Shown: positions 16,345 to 26,223, counted from the stretch's first letter. The stretch is 64,000 nt of DNA from Hyphomonadaceae bacterium (GCA_040381075.1 JBEIHX010000012.1:20557-84556); one strand, 5' to 3'. Notes: a model not told the origin generated them from the sequence alone. A program made the numbers and translations.

Positions 16345-18414
16345 ATGGCGGTCGCACCAAGGACCCGACGAAAGCCCAATTGGGCGGCGCATCTGGCGCG
16401 GCGGCTGACGCTGTGGGCCAATGGCCCTGGCGCGCCCTCGACGCGCATGATCGCCATGCTGGTGGCGGCCCTGCTGTGGGCGGGGCTGCAGGCTTCAAAG
16501 GGCTTCAGCCTTCCGTCCGCCCTTCAGGCGCCGGAACAGGCGCTCGCCACATTCAACGCCATGCGGGGGACCTTTGAGCAGCTGGCGCTTGCGGGCACAG
16601 TTGCGGCGGCCTTCCTGCAGCAGATAACCGTCTTCGCCGGTCGCGCGCTGCTGTCGCTGTCGCGCGGGCATGTCATCGTGGCGGGCGTGGGCGCCCCGCG
16701 CGCGGCCTTGATCGCGGATCTCGCGCAGGACCGCGCCGAGGGCCCCGCCCATCCCGCCGTGGTTGTGGCCCATGATCTCAACCCGGCTGACGTGGCGGCG
16801 CTGCGGCGGGCCGGCGTCATTGTCGTGGAAGGAGATCCGGCCACGCCGGAGGCGCTCAAGGCCGGCAGGGCGCAGGCCGCGCGCGCCGTCGTGGCGATCG
16901 ACGACGATGACGCAGCCAATCTGCGCATCGCCGGCGCGTTGCGGGTGCTGCTGGGGCAGCAGAGGCGCCCGTGCGGCGTGCGGCTGTTCGCCCGCATCGA
17001 GGACGCGCGCCTGCTTGCAGAACTGCGTGACGTGGACCCCCGCGCGAAGACCCGGCGCGAAGGGTGGCTGACATCCGGCGAGACCGGCTTCGAGCTGCGC
17101 CCGTTCGCGTTGTCGGAGATCGCCGCGAGACGGTTCTTCCGGGCGGGCGAGGTGCTGATCCAGGCCAGTCGGCTGGCGCAGGACCGTCCCCATGTGGCCA
17201 TCCTGGGATTTGTTGGGGCAGGCGAGCCGATTGCTCTGTCAGCGCTCCAGACGCTGTGGTCGGCGCATTTCGAAGCGCCCCGGGTCAGCGTGCTCGTCGC
17301 TGACCCGGACCAGGAAGAGGCGCGCTTCCGCGCCCGCTGGCCAGGCGCGTTCCGGGACGGCGAAGTCTGGCGCGCCGATCTCGCATTTCTGCGCTTTGAC
17401 TGGAGCGCCGACGCCAACCTCGACGCCACGCTTGAACGGCTCGCGGCCAAGCGCGGCGCCCCCACCATGCTCGCAATCTGTCTCGGCGATGCGCGCCTGA
17501 ACGCCGCCGCCGCCCTGGCGCTGCGCAAGGCGGCCGCACGCACCTCCTGGGCGCGAACGCCAATCCACGTGTTTGAGCCGGCTCTCGCCGACCTCTCGCC
17601 CCGCGCCGCCGCCCGCTCAGCAGGTCCCGCCGAACCTGAGCTGCCGGCCATTGCCGTGGTCGGCGGCCTGGCGGAAATCGCAACCACCGATCTCATCCTG
17701 CGCGAAAGCCTGGAGGAGGGCGCGGCGATCGCCCATGCGGCGTACGCGCGTCTCCAGCTTGCGAAGGACGCCAGGGCGCGCGCGTGCCAGCCGCTTTGGG
17801 AAAGCCTGTCGCCGCGGGAGAAGGCGCTGGTCCAGGATCTCAATCCCGACGGCGGCGGCCCCGACCAGGACCGCGCCGCCCTGTTCGATCGCCTGGTCGA
17901 GACCCTGGGGGCAGCCGGCCGCAAAGGCGCGGTGCGGCGCGCCGACCGGCTGCTCAGCGCCGCCATGGCCGAAGAGGCCCGGCTGAACCCTGGTGCGGCG
18001 GGGGTCGATTGGATGGAACTGCCGGAGACCTATCGTGCCGCCAACCGGGCCGTCGCCGAGCACGCTCTGGTCAAGCTGTGGGACGCCGGCTGGATTCCGG
18101 CGCAGCCCGGCGCCAGGGGGGAAATCGCGCCATACTATCCGAACGACCACATCGTTGAGCGGCTCGCCGAGATCGAAAAGAAACGCTGGAACGCCGAACG
18201 GCTGATCGCCGGTTGGCGCTATGCGCCAATCCGCAGCGACGTGCGCCGCGAACACAATCTTCTCGTCACCTGGGAGCGCCTTGACTCCCTCGGCCCGGAA
18301 AAGGCGGAGGCGCAACGCGAGAACGATCGCAACATGGTGCGCACCGCCCTGAAGATCGCGCCGCACGTCGCCCGATACGGGTTTCTGCGCCGCACCGAGG
18401 GGCCGTCCCTGTAA
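16345..18414 (+). CDS. membrane-anchored TrkA-N (RCK/NAD-binding-like) and RyR-domain protein
   Basis: Start set at ATG 16345, downstream of the repeat. N-terminal hydrophobic helices (MIAMLVAALLWAGL). Two Rossmann-like segments (HVIVAGVGAPRAALIADL; HVAILGFVGAGEP). C-terminal RyR-like motif LAEIEKKRWNAERLIAGWRYAP...HNLLVTWERL..EKAEAQRENDR. Confidence 0.65.
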   Translation: MAVAPRTRRKPNWAAHLARRLTLWANGPGAPSTRMIAMLVAALLWAGLQASKGFSLPSALQAPEQALATFNAMRGTFEQLALAGTVAAAFLQQITVFAGRALLSLSRGHVIVAGVGAPRAALIADLAQDRAEGPAHPAVVVAHDLNPADVAALRRAGVIVVEGDPATPEALKAGRAQAARAVVAIDDDDAANLRIAGALRVLLGQQRRPCGVRLFARIEDARLLAELRDVDPRAKTRREGWLTSGETGFELRPFALSEIAARRFFRAGEVLIQASRLAQDRPHVAILGFVGAGEPIALSALQTLWSAHFEAPRVSVLVADPDQEEARFRARWPGAFRDGEVWRADLAFLRFDWSADANLDATLERLAAKRGAPTMLAICLGDARLNAAAALALRKAAARTSWARTPIHVFEPALADLSPRAAARSAGPAEPELPAIAVVGGLAEIATTDLILRESLEEGAAIAHAAYARLQLAKDARARACQPLWESLSPREKALVQDLNPDGGGPDQDRAALFDRLVETLGAAGRKGAVRRADRLLSAAMAEEARLNPGAAGVDWMELPETYRAANRAVAEHALVKLWDAGWIPAQPGARGEIAPYYPNDHIVERLAEIEKKRWNAERLIAGWRYAPIRSDVRREHNLLVTWERLDSLGPEKAEAQRENDRNMVRTALKIAPHVARYGFLRRTEGPSL

Positions 18415-18540
18415 CAGCGCAGCCGCGCCCTTGCCTCGCAGGGGCTTTTCCTTTAGGACCCCAGCCTTCCGAAATTGCGGGCGTCAGCCCGGACGCAGGT
18501 CCGGACGAAGCCCACCCACCCCGATCCGATCGAGCGCGCC

Positions 18541-18765
18541 ATGAAAAAGGACATCCATCCCGATTATCACTTCATCACGGTGGTGATGACGGACGGCTCG
18601 TCCTACCAGACGCGCTCCACGCTCGGGAAAGAGGGCGCGACCCTCAACCTCGATATCGATCCAAAGACCCATCCCGCCTGGACGGGCGGCACGCAGACCC
18701 TGCTCGACCGTGGCGGGCGCGTGTCCCGGTTCAACGACAAGTTTGCGGCCTTCCTCAAGAAGTAA
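18541..18765 (+). CDS. rpmE: 50S ribosomal protein L31
   Basis: [27 protein letters not shown]...HPAWTG...RFNDKF, 74 aa, starting at internal ATG 18541 of the track ORF. Confidence 0.95.
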   Translation: MKKDIHPDYHFITVVMTDGSSYQTRSTLGKEGATLNLDIDPKTHPAWTGGTQTLLDRGGRVSRFNDKFAAFLKK

Positions 18766-18821
18766 GGCGGCTGGGACAAAGGCCCCCGGAGCCCCCGGGG
18801 CGACGGCCTGCGTGCGCTTCC

Positions 18822-19129
18822 CCACGTGCACTCCGCCACGTGCACTCCTCCACGTGCACTCCTCCACGTGCACTCCCCCAGGTGTGCAGGTCACAGGTAC
18901 GCAGGTCACAGGTGCGCACTCGGCAGGCCGGCAGTCAAAAGGCCGGCAGTCAACTGGCCGGGAGACGACTGGCGAGGAGACAACTGGCGAGGAGACAACC
19001 GGCGAGGAGACTCCTGGCCGGCGATCGCCCCTGTTATCCTGGTCGCCGTCTCCCCGGCTGGCGTGTCCGTGGCTGCCAGGTTCGTGACTGCCAGGTTGCT
19101 GGCTGGCAAGTTCCTGGCTGGCTGTTCGC
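18822..19129. repeat. mosaic of five different tandem arrays (14-bp CCACGTGCACTCCN x4; 15-bp GCAGGTCACAGGTRC x2; 15-bp AGGCCGGCAGTCAAM x2.4; 15-bp GAGACAACTGGCGAG x3.7; degenerate 15-bp CTGCCAGGTTSNTGR x3.8)
   Basis: Read directly. Arrays at 18822-18877, 18886-18915, 18925-18961, 18962-19018 and 19073-19129. Confidence 0.9.
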
Positions 19130-19363
19130 AATGGCGCGCTGTCCAGTGTCCCCAGCGACCAGGGCGCATGACCAGGCGGGCGGCGACATCGGCCACACTG
19201 GCGCGCACTCAGGCTTCCTGTCATCGCGAGCCTGATCTGGCCTGCCGTTCAACCGCTGGTCGCCCCGGCCCGCAGACGACGATGCGCGAAGACCATCGAT
19301 CCAGCGGCTCCGGCCGGGCGTCCGCCGAGCAACGGTTCGCAGGGCGCTTCCGGACCCGGCGGC

Positions 19364-19894
19364 CTAGGTTTCGAAAACGGCGCGCAGACGGTCAAGATGC
19401 AGGGCGACCGGATTGGCCTTCACCGAGGGACCGAAGATCGACTCATCCAGGCGGCGCAGCCGATCATACAGTCGGGCGGCGCGCGCGATGAGCCCCGACA
19501 GCCGCTCCGGCAGTTCATCCTCGCCGCCAAAAGGCTCATCGCCCATATCGCGCCTGCCGGACAGGCGGTAGTGCTCCTGCTGGGCCTCATCCGCCGTCAT
19601 GTCGCCCTCGCGCACAGCCCGTTGCACAAGCAGCCAGGAGGCCGACTGCATCAGCCGGGTCGTCAGGCGCATGCTCTCCCCGGCATAGGCCAACGCCCCC
19701 TGCCGGGAGAGAAGTTTGGATTCCGCACGCCCGGGACCGTCAAGATAGGCGGCGGTCTCCTCAACAAGCGCCATGCCCTCCTTGAATGCGCGCTCAAACA
19801 TCTCAGAGGCCGCGAACTCCGAGATCCGCGCCGCCATGGCCGCGTCGGCCGGGCGCAGCCGCGGGATCTCTTCACTCTGAAGGTCGTTGGCCAT
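19364..19894 (-). CDS. DUF1465 family protein (RcdA-like, regulator of CtrA degradation family)
   Basis: 176 aa with family-typical size and helical pattern (FERAFKEGMALVEETAAYLDG...MRLTTRLMQSASWLLVQRAV). Adjacent DUF1192 gene, as in many Alphaproteobacteria. Confidence 0.7.
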   Translation of the reverse strand: MANDLQSEEIPRLRPADAAMAARISEFAASEMFERAFKEGMALVEETAAYLDGPGRAESKLLSRQGALAYAGESMRLTTRLMQSASWLLVQRAVREGDMTADEAQQEHYRLSGRRDMGDEPFGGEDELPERLSGLIARAARLYDRLRRLDESIFGPSVKANPVALHLDRLRAVFET

Positions 19895-20008
19895 GCGCTC
19901 ACTCGGCTCCGCTCGGGACAGTTCGCATCACACCGCCCGCACCGCAAATCAAGGGCCAAGTCGACGCCGCCGCCAGACCCCAACCGCGCGCACCGTCCGG
20001 CGAAACGG

Positions 20009-20188
20009 TTACCGCTTTCCGAACAGGGCCTCGGCCGCATCGCGATCCTGACGCTTGCGGCCAATCAGCGCCTCATATTTCGCGATCTCGACGCGCAATT
20101 CCCCGATCCGGCGCTCCAATTCCTCAATCGACCAGTCCTCTGGCGGGCGGGACGCCTTCGGGCGCGGCAGCAAGTCGTCTTCCATCAT
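20009..20188 (-). CDS. DUF1192 family small protein
   Basis: Own translation; below the 60-aa cutoff of the track: MMEDDLLPRPKASRPPEDWSIEELERRIGELRVEIAKYEALIGRKRQDRDAAEALFGKR. Confidence 0.7.
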   Translation of the reverse strand: MMEDDLLPRPKASRPPEDWSIEELERRIGELRVEIAKYEALIGRKRQDRDAAEALFGKR

Positions 20189-20241
20189 CTGAAGTCCGCA
20201 GGTTACACCTCGCCGCCGTCGCCGACTGAGAGGCTGTTTTC

Positions 20242-21216
20242 ATGACTGTAATGATGCGCGCGATCGAAGTTCCTGGCGAGGGCCCCGTGCGCCTGACCGA
20301 AATCGAACGCCCCATTCCGGGACCGGGCGAAATCCTGATCCGCGTCGCCGCCGCCGGCGTCAACAGACCCGACCTGATGCAGCGCCGCGGGTTCTATCCC
20401 CCGCCGCCCGGCGCGCCTGCGACGCTTGGTCTTGAGGCGGCGGGCCATGTCGAGGCCTGCGGCCCCGGGGTCGAACGCTGGCGCCCCGGCGACAGCGTCA
20501 CCGCGCTCATGTCGGGCGGCGGCTATGCCGAGTACGCCCTCGCCGATGAGGGCGCCGCCCTGCCCACGCCCCCTGGCATGACCATGGCGGAGGCGGCCTG
20601 CCTGCCGGAAACCGTTTTTACCGTGTGGGCCAATGTGTTCGAACGTGGCGCGCTCAAACCCGGCGAGACCCTGCTCGTCCATGGCGGCGCCTCCGGCATC
20701 GGCACAACGGCGATCCAGATGGCGGTCGCGCTTGGCGCGCGCGTCCTTGCGACCGCCGGATCGACGGACAAGGTCGCGCTGTGCGCGCGCCTCGGCGCGG
20801 CGCGCGCGATCAATTACCGCACCGAGGACTTCGCCGCCGTCGCCCAGGCCGAGGGCGGCGTCGACGTCATCCTCGACATGGTCGGCGCGCCGTATCTGGA
20901 GCGCAATCTCTCCATCCTCAAACCGGATGGCAGGCTCGTCTACATAGCCTTCCTGGAAGGTGCGCGCGCCGAGATCGATCTGATGCGCCTGATGCTCAAG
21001 CGCCTGACCGTCACCGGCTCCACCCTGCGCATCCGTCCGAAAGCTGAGAAAGCCCGCCTCGCCCGCGCCATCGAGGCCGCTGTCTGGCCGCTGGCGGCGT
21101 CTGGACGTCTGAAACCGGTGATCGATTCAGCCTATACGCTGGCTGAAGCCGACGCTGCTCTGACGCGCATGGAGGCAGGTCTGCACGCAGGAAAAATCGT
21201 GCTTCTGACCACTTGA
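20242..21216 (+). CDS. NAD(P)H:quinone oxidoreductase (zeta-crystallin/PIG3-type MDR)
   Basis: 324 aa: GVNRPDLMQRRGFYPPPPG, VHGGASGIGTTAIQ nucleotide-binding motif, no zinc ligand pattern. Confidence 0.85.
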   Translation: MTVMMRAIEVPGEGPVRLTEIERPIPGPGEILIRVAAAGVNRPDLMQRRGFYPPPPGAPATLGLEAAGHVEACGPGVERWRPGDSVTALMSGGGYAEYALADEGAALPTPPGMTMAEAACLPETVFTVWANVFERGALKPGETLLVHGGASGIGTTAIQMAVALGARVLATAGSTDKVALCARLGAARAINYRTEDFAAVAQAEGGVDVILDMVGAPYLERNLSILKPDGRLVYIAFLEGARAEIDLMRLMLKRLTVTGSTLRIRPKAEKARLARAIEAAVWPLAASGRLKPVIDSAYTLAEADAALTRMEAGLHAGKIVLLTT

Positions 21217-21348
21217 CGCCTGCAGTCAAAGCCTGGCCTGACAAATGCCTCAGGTCCGTCTCATTGTGCATGACTCATCGCCTCAGCCTCTGATGCGCCC
21301 GCAGTTTCGCGCCGACCCGCACTGACATCTGACCAAAGGGATCCCGCC

Positions 21349-23022
21349 ATGTCCGCAGCACGCACCTTCGCCGCCATCGCGCTTTCGGCCCTTGTCTGCG
21401 CCTGTCAGAGCGTGCCGCCGCCGCCTGCCCCGCCGCCCCCGCCGCCTCCGCCGCCGCCGCCGGTGATGGCGCCGGTGATGGGGATGCCGGCGCCCATGAT
21501 GCATGGCGGCGCCTACGGCCTCAGCAGGGCGGCCCTGCCTGCGGTCCAGCCCATGCCAGGCGACATCGACCGGGAACGCTATCCGCAGGCAGAGGCGAAC
21601 CCCGTCCGCTCGGTGCAGGCCGAGCCCGTCTCAACCTTCTCGATCGACGTCGATACCGCCGCCTACGCCAATGTGCGCCGGTTTCTCAACGCCGGCGAAC
21701 TGCCGCCCAAGGACGCGGTGCGGATCGAGGAGCTCGTCAACTATTTTGACTACGACTATCCGCTGCCGACCTCGCGCGAGCGTCCCTTTGCCCCGGTGGT
21801 GAGCATCGTCCCGTCGCCCTGGGCTGGCGACAAAACCCTTCTGCACATCGCGGTGCAGGGCTATGACGCACCGCCTGATCGCAGACCACCGCTCAATCTC
21901 GTCCTTCTTCTTGACGTGTCCGGATCGATGAACGAGCCGGACAAGCTTCCGCTCGTCAAGAAATCCATCGAGATCCTGCTTGAGTCCCTGACCGAGCAGG
22001 ACCGCATCTCCATGGTTGTCTACGCCGGCGCCTCGGGCGTGGTGCTGGAGCCCACGTCAGGCGTGGAGAAAGGAAAGATCCGCGACGCCCTGGACCGTCT
22101 GTCTGCAGGCGGATCAACCGCCGGCGGTGAAGGTCTCGAACGCGCCTATGCACTCGCCGAGGCGAACTATCGCAAGGGTGCGGTCAACCGCGTCATCCTT
22201 GCGACCGACGGCGACTTCAATGTCGGGATCGCAGATCCGGACCGGCTGAAGGACTTCGTGGAGCGCAAGCGCGAGACAGGGGTCTATCTGTCGGTGCTTG
22301 GCTTTGGGGCCGGCAACTATAACGACGCCCTGATGCAGACCCTTTCACAGGCCGGCAATGGCGTCGCCGCCTATATCGACACTCTCAATGAGGCCCGGAA
22401 GGTTCTCGCCGACCAGATGCAATCGGCGCTTCTGCCGATCGCGGACGACGTCAAGATCCAGGTCGAGTTCAATCCAGGCCAGGTCGCGGAGTATCGCCTG
22501 ATCGGATACGAAACGCGCATGCTCAATCGCGAGGACTTCAATAACGACCGCGTGGACGCCGGCGATATCGGCGCCGGGGCTAGCGTGACCGCAATTTATG
22601 AGCTGACGCCGGTCGGCGGGCGCACGCTGATCGACCCGCTGCGCTACGCCGCCGCCGCGCCAGCCACGCCCAAAGGCGGCGAGATCGCCTTTGTGAAGAT
22701 CCGCTACAAGCCGCCAGGCGCGTCGGACTCCATCCTCATCGAACGCGCCATCACGCAGCGTGACGCCTATCGCGACATTTCGGAAGCGCCCGAAGCAACC
22801 CGTTTCGCCACGGCGGTCGCCGGCTATGGACAGTTGCTGCGCGGGGATCCCTTCATTGATCCGCGTCGCTTCGGCTGGGATGACGTGATTGCACTGGCCA
22901 ATGCGGCGCGGGGCGAGGATCCGTTCGGCTACCGGGCGGAATTCGTGTCGCTGGCCCGCAACGCCAGGATCGCCGGCGCAGCGCAGACGCCGAAACCCTC
23001 ACAGGGCGCCCCCGTCCCCTGA
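21349..23022 (+). CDS. von Willebrand factor A domain lipoprotein (YfbK-like)
   Basis: Lipobox LSALVCAC, poly-Pro linker, vWA MIDAS motif LLLDVSGSM, LATDGDFNVG, conserved C-terminal extension. Confidence 0.8.
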   Translation: MSAARTFAAIALSALVCACQSVPPPPAPPPPPPPPPPPVMAPVMGMPAPMMHGGAYGLSRAALPAVQPMPGDIDRERYPQAEANPVRSVQAEPVSTFSIDVDTAAYANVRRFLNAGELPPKDAVRIEELVNYFDYDYPLPTSRERPFAPVVSIVPSPWAGDKTLLHIAVQGYDAPPDRRPPLNLVLLLDVSGSMNEPDKLPLVKKSIEILLESLTEQDRISMVVYAGASGVVLEPTSGVEKGKIRDALDRLSAGGSTAGGEGLERAYALAEANYRKGAVNRVILATDGDFNVGIADPDRLKDFVERKRETGVYLSVLGFGAGNYNDALMQTLSQAGNGVAAYIDTLNEARKVLADQMQSALLPIADDVKIQVEFNPGQVAEYRLIGYETRMLNREDFNNDRVDAGDIGAGASVTAIYELTPVGGRTLIDPLRYAAAAPATPKGGEIAFVKIRYKPPGASDSILIERAITQRDAYRDISEAPEATRFATAVAGYGQLLRGDPFIDPRRFGWDDVIALANAARGEDPFGYRAEFVSLARNARIAGAAQTPKPSQGAPVP

Positions 23023-26000
23023 GGCGGGGCCCGCGATCCTGGCCGCGTCCGCAGCGCCCGTCCCAGCGTCGCCTGCGACAGGGCCGCGGCGTCGCCGGCG
23101 CGCGGCGAGGTGAAACGCCAGCGGTGCGGCGCTCAGGGCAAGCGCCAGCGCCATGTCGCCCATCCGCGCCGGCGCAACGCCAAGCGCGCGCCCGAGGGGG
23201 CGCACAAGATAGGGCAGCGCCATCAGACCGCGCGAAACGACGACCCCGGCCTCGACTCCCCAGTCCGCCATCGGATCGTCGCCTGCCGGTGCGGCGCGAT
23301 CCAGCCGCATCACGATGGGATGCAGCAATTGCGCGCTCGCCAGCGCAAGAAACGTCATGCCGCGGGCCTGATCGCCTGGTCCGTAGCGGCGCTGCGCGAT
23401 GGTGTGGGCGAGCATCGCCGGCGCTGCAATGCCAGCCATGTGCCCCAGGAGGCCTGCGGTTTCGCGCAGCGTCAGCAGGGGATGATCACCGCCGCGCGGC
23501 GGTCGCGTCAGAACATCCCTTTCCGGGCTGGCAACGGCGAAGCCAAGAGCCGGAAACACGTCCGTTATCAGGTTGAGCCACAAAAGCTCGAGAGGCGTTT
23601 CGATTTTTCGCTCCCCGCCCAGCGATTCAAAGAGAACGAGCGCCACCTCGCTCAGATTGGTCGCGACAAGATAGCGCGTCGCACGCCGGATGTTGTCGTC
23701 AGCCGCGCGCCCGCGCGCCAGGAGTGTCGCCACCCGCGACAGTCCGTCGTCGAGCACCACCGCGTCGGCGACACTGCGCGCTGCGTCCGCGCCGGCATGC
23801 CCGAGCGCGATGCCGATGTCGGCTGCACGCAACGCCGGGCCGTCATTCACACCGTCCCCGGTCATCGCCACAACGCGACCGGATTTCTGCAGCGCCTGGA
23901 TGATCGCGAGCTTATCGTTCGGGCTGACCCGAGCGAAAATCTCTGCGTGCATGGCGATCCCGGCAAGCTCGTCAGAGCTCTTGCCAACAAGCGCGCCAGC
24001 GTCAATGACGCCCATATCTCCGTCCTGTGCGAGACCCAGGCGTCCAGCGATCGCGCGCGCAGTCTGCGCCTGATCGCCGGTCAGGATCAACACGCGAATT
24101 CCGGCCCGCTGGAACGCCGCCACCATGTCGCCCGCGCCGGGGCGCAGGGGGTCTTCCAGTCCAATCAGTCCAATGAACGTAAAACCGAAAGGCTGCCCGT
24201 CCTCGCCGGGCGGCTCTGCTTCGGCGACCGCCAGCACCCGCAGGCCATCGCCCGCCATCGCGGTGTTCGCCGCGGCGATCTCCGCCCGATCCGCCGGCGT
24301 CATCTCGCGCGCCCGCTGACCGTCCCAGATGCGCGCCGACAGCGCGAGGACGTCCTCCGGCGCGCCCTTCACCGCAACCCATGCCTGGCGCGGTCCGGCA
24401 TGGGCCGTCGCCATCCAGCGTCGCGCCGGCCCGCGCCGCCAGGTCTCAAGGCGCCCGGCCGTGGCGCGCAGCCCGGCGACGTCGATCCCGGCGGCTGCAG
24501 CAAATGCGAGGAGAGCGCTCTCCGTGCCGCTCCCGATGGGTCCGTCAGGACCGATCTCGGCGTCGTTGCACAGCGCCACGATCTGGGCGAGGCGCAGCGC
24601 AGCCGCGCGCGCGGAGCGCAGACCCCGCCGGTCGACGCGCCCTCCTGCAGGGCCGGCGTCCATTGGTCCTGCTGCGCCAAGCCCGGCATGGAGGTCAGCT
24701 TCGGGGTCAGACAGGTCGATGCGCGCAAGGTCGAGAGTGACGTCAGCCACGAAAATACGCGCCGCCTGCATGCGGTTCTCAGTGAGCGTGCCTGTCTTGT
24801 CCAGGCACAGGACGTCCACTGCGCCCGCCGTTTCGATCACCGACATGTTGCGCACCACGACGCCGTCTGCGGCGAGCATGCGGCCGGCGCGCGCCTTGGC
24901 GGCTGCGGCGATCGCCGGCAGGCCCTCCGGAATGGCCGACACCGCCAGCGCGGCGGCGCTGCGCAACACCCCAGGCCACGCCGCTCCATCCATCCGTAGG
25001 CGCAGCATCAGAACAAGACCGGCCGCAACGCTGACCCCGGTCAGGGTGAGACCGAGCCTGTCAAGCGCGCGTTCAATGGGCGGCTTCGGCGCCCGCACCG
25101 TCCCGATCAGCGCCTGAAGAGCGCCAATCTGCGTGTCTGATCCGGTCGCCGTCACGAGAACAGCTGCGCGTCCCGTCGTCACCACGCCGCCGCGAAACAG
25201 CATGCCGCGGCGATCCGGCAGGGGCTGGTGCTCCGGCATGTGATCAACCGCAGCCTTGCGCGCCGGCCAGGCCTCCCCGGTCAGGGCCGACTCATCCACT
25301 GTCAGATCTTCCGCTTCCACCAGGCGCCCGTCGCAAGGCACAAGCTCGCCGGCGGCGAGTTCGATCACATCCCCAGGGGCCAGATGGGCCGTATCACAGC
25401 GCACCCGCCGGCCGTCCCGCCGGACCCAGACCTCGCCTTGTGCGTCCGGTACGAGCGCCCTGATCAGACGCTCCGCCCAGGCCTCCATTGCATAGCCGAT
25501 CGCGGCATTCAGTCCCACAGCGCCGCCGGTTGCGGCCGCATCGATCAGTCTGCCGGCCGCCAGCGAGATCAGCGCCGAGCCTGACAGGAGCAGCGCCGGA
25601 AGGGACCGCATCTGCGCCACGAGGATTTCCAGGTCGCTGCGGCGGGCGGGCGGCGCCAGGGAATTCGGGCCGTAGGCGGCGAGACGTCGTGCAGCCTCCT
25701 GCGAGGAAAGTCCGTCAAGGGCGGTATTGAGCGTCTGCAGCAGCCGGTCCAGAGAGCCTGCGGCTGCGACCGGTTGTGGCGTCGGATTGGCCAGCGCCTC
25801 GCTGGCGCGGGCCGCAAGGTCGCCCGCCGTCAGCCCCGGATCATGCAGAACCAGCAGGGATCCCGTCACCGGATTGACCGCAATCGAGCGCACCCGCTGG
25901 TCAAGCTTCAGAAAACCCGCCAGGCGCGCCATTGCATCGGCGCAGTCGATCAGACAGGGCGCCCGCAGTCTGGTGCGCCCTGCCGGGGCCGCGCTGCGCA

Positions 26001-26067
26001 CCTCGACCAGAGGTCGTCCACGGCCGTGGGAGCCAGCCTGCCGCTCAAGCGCCGAATGCACAGTCAC
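22999..26067 (-). CDS. cation-transporting P-type ATPase (P2/P3-like) with extra N-terminal domain
   Basis: 1022 aa: phosphorylation motif CLDKTGTLTEN, hinge MTGDGVNDGPAL, TGES-like LTGEAWP. The N-terminal ~90 aa beta-alpha domain ends in NPVTGSLLVLHDP. Confidence 0.85.
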   Translation of the reverse strand: MTVHSALERQAGSHGRGRPLVEVRSAAPAGRTRLRAPCLIDCADAMARLAGFLKLDQRVRSIAVNPVTGSLLVLHDPGLTAGDLAARASEALANPTPQPVAAAGSLDRLLQTLNTALDGLSSQEAARRLAAYGPNSLAPPARRSDLEILVAQMRSLPALLLSGSALISLAAGRLIDAAATGGAVGLNAAIGYAMEAWAERLIRALVPDAQGEVWVRRDGRRVRCDTAHLAPGDVIELAAGELVPCDGRLVEAEDLTVDESALTGEAWPARKAAVDHMPEHQPLPDRRGMLFRGGVVTTGRAAVLVTATGSDTQIGALQALIGTVRAPKPPIERALDRLGLTLTGVSVAAGLVLMLRLRMDGAAWPGVLRSAAALAVSAIPEGLPAIAAAAKARAGRMLAADGVVVRNMSVIETAGAVDVLCLDKTGTLTENRMQAARIFVADVTLDLARIDLSDPEADLHAGLGAAGPMDAGPAGGRVDRRGLRSARAAALRLAQIVALCNDAEIGPDGPIGSGTESALLAFAAAAGIDVAGLRATAGRLETWRRGPARRWMATAHAGPRQAWVAVKGAPEDVLALSARIWDGQRAREMTPADRAEIAAANTAMAGDGLRVLAVAEAEPPGEDGQPFGFTFIGLIGLEDPLRPGAGDMVAAFQRAGIRVLILTGDQAQTARAIAGRLGLAQDGDMGVIDAGALVGKSSDELAGIAMHAEIFARVSPNDKLAIIQALQKSGRVVAMTGDGVNDGPALRAADIGIALGHAGADAARSVADAVVLDDGLSRVATLLARGRAADDNIRRATRYLVATNLSEVALVLFESLGGERKIETPLELLWLNLITDVFPALGFAVASPERDVLTRPPRGGDHPLLTLRETAGLLGHMAGIAAPAMLAHTIAQRRYGPGDQARGMTFLALASAQLLHPIVMRLDRAAPAGDDPMADWGVEAGVVVSRGLMALPYLVRPLGRALGVAPARMGDMALALALSAAPLAFHLAARRRRRGPVAGDAGTGAADAARIAGPASGDGGAL

Positions 26068-26175
26068 GCCGGATGTTCCTCAGCCTGTTTCCATCGTCGC
26101 GCAGCGCGCCGCCCCATGCAAGCTGCAGCGGCGCGCCGCACGCCAGCCTGGCCCGCCACACCGCGAACCCGGCCG

Positions 26176-26223
26176 CACAGCCGGCCAGCAGCACAGCCGG
26201 CCAGCAGCACAGCCGGCCGGCAG
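26176..26223. repeat. tandem repeat, 16-bp unit CACAGCCGGCCAGCAG x3
   Basis: Read directly in the ATPase-OmpA spacer. Confidence 0.85.

Noticed and set aside
18484-19491. Several 100-250-aa ORFs across the rpmE-DUF1465 spacer
   Set aside because: The repetitive peptides (VVSSPVVSSP, GDNWRGDNWRGDN) derive from the tandem arrays. The frames overlap each other and rpmE.
23110-24999. 629-aa ORF on the + strand
   Set aside because: It is antisense to the P-type ATPase gene, which carries DKTGT and TGDGVND motifs. The product has no recognisable domain.
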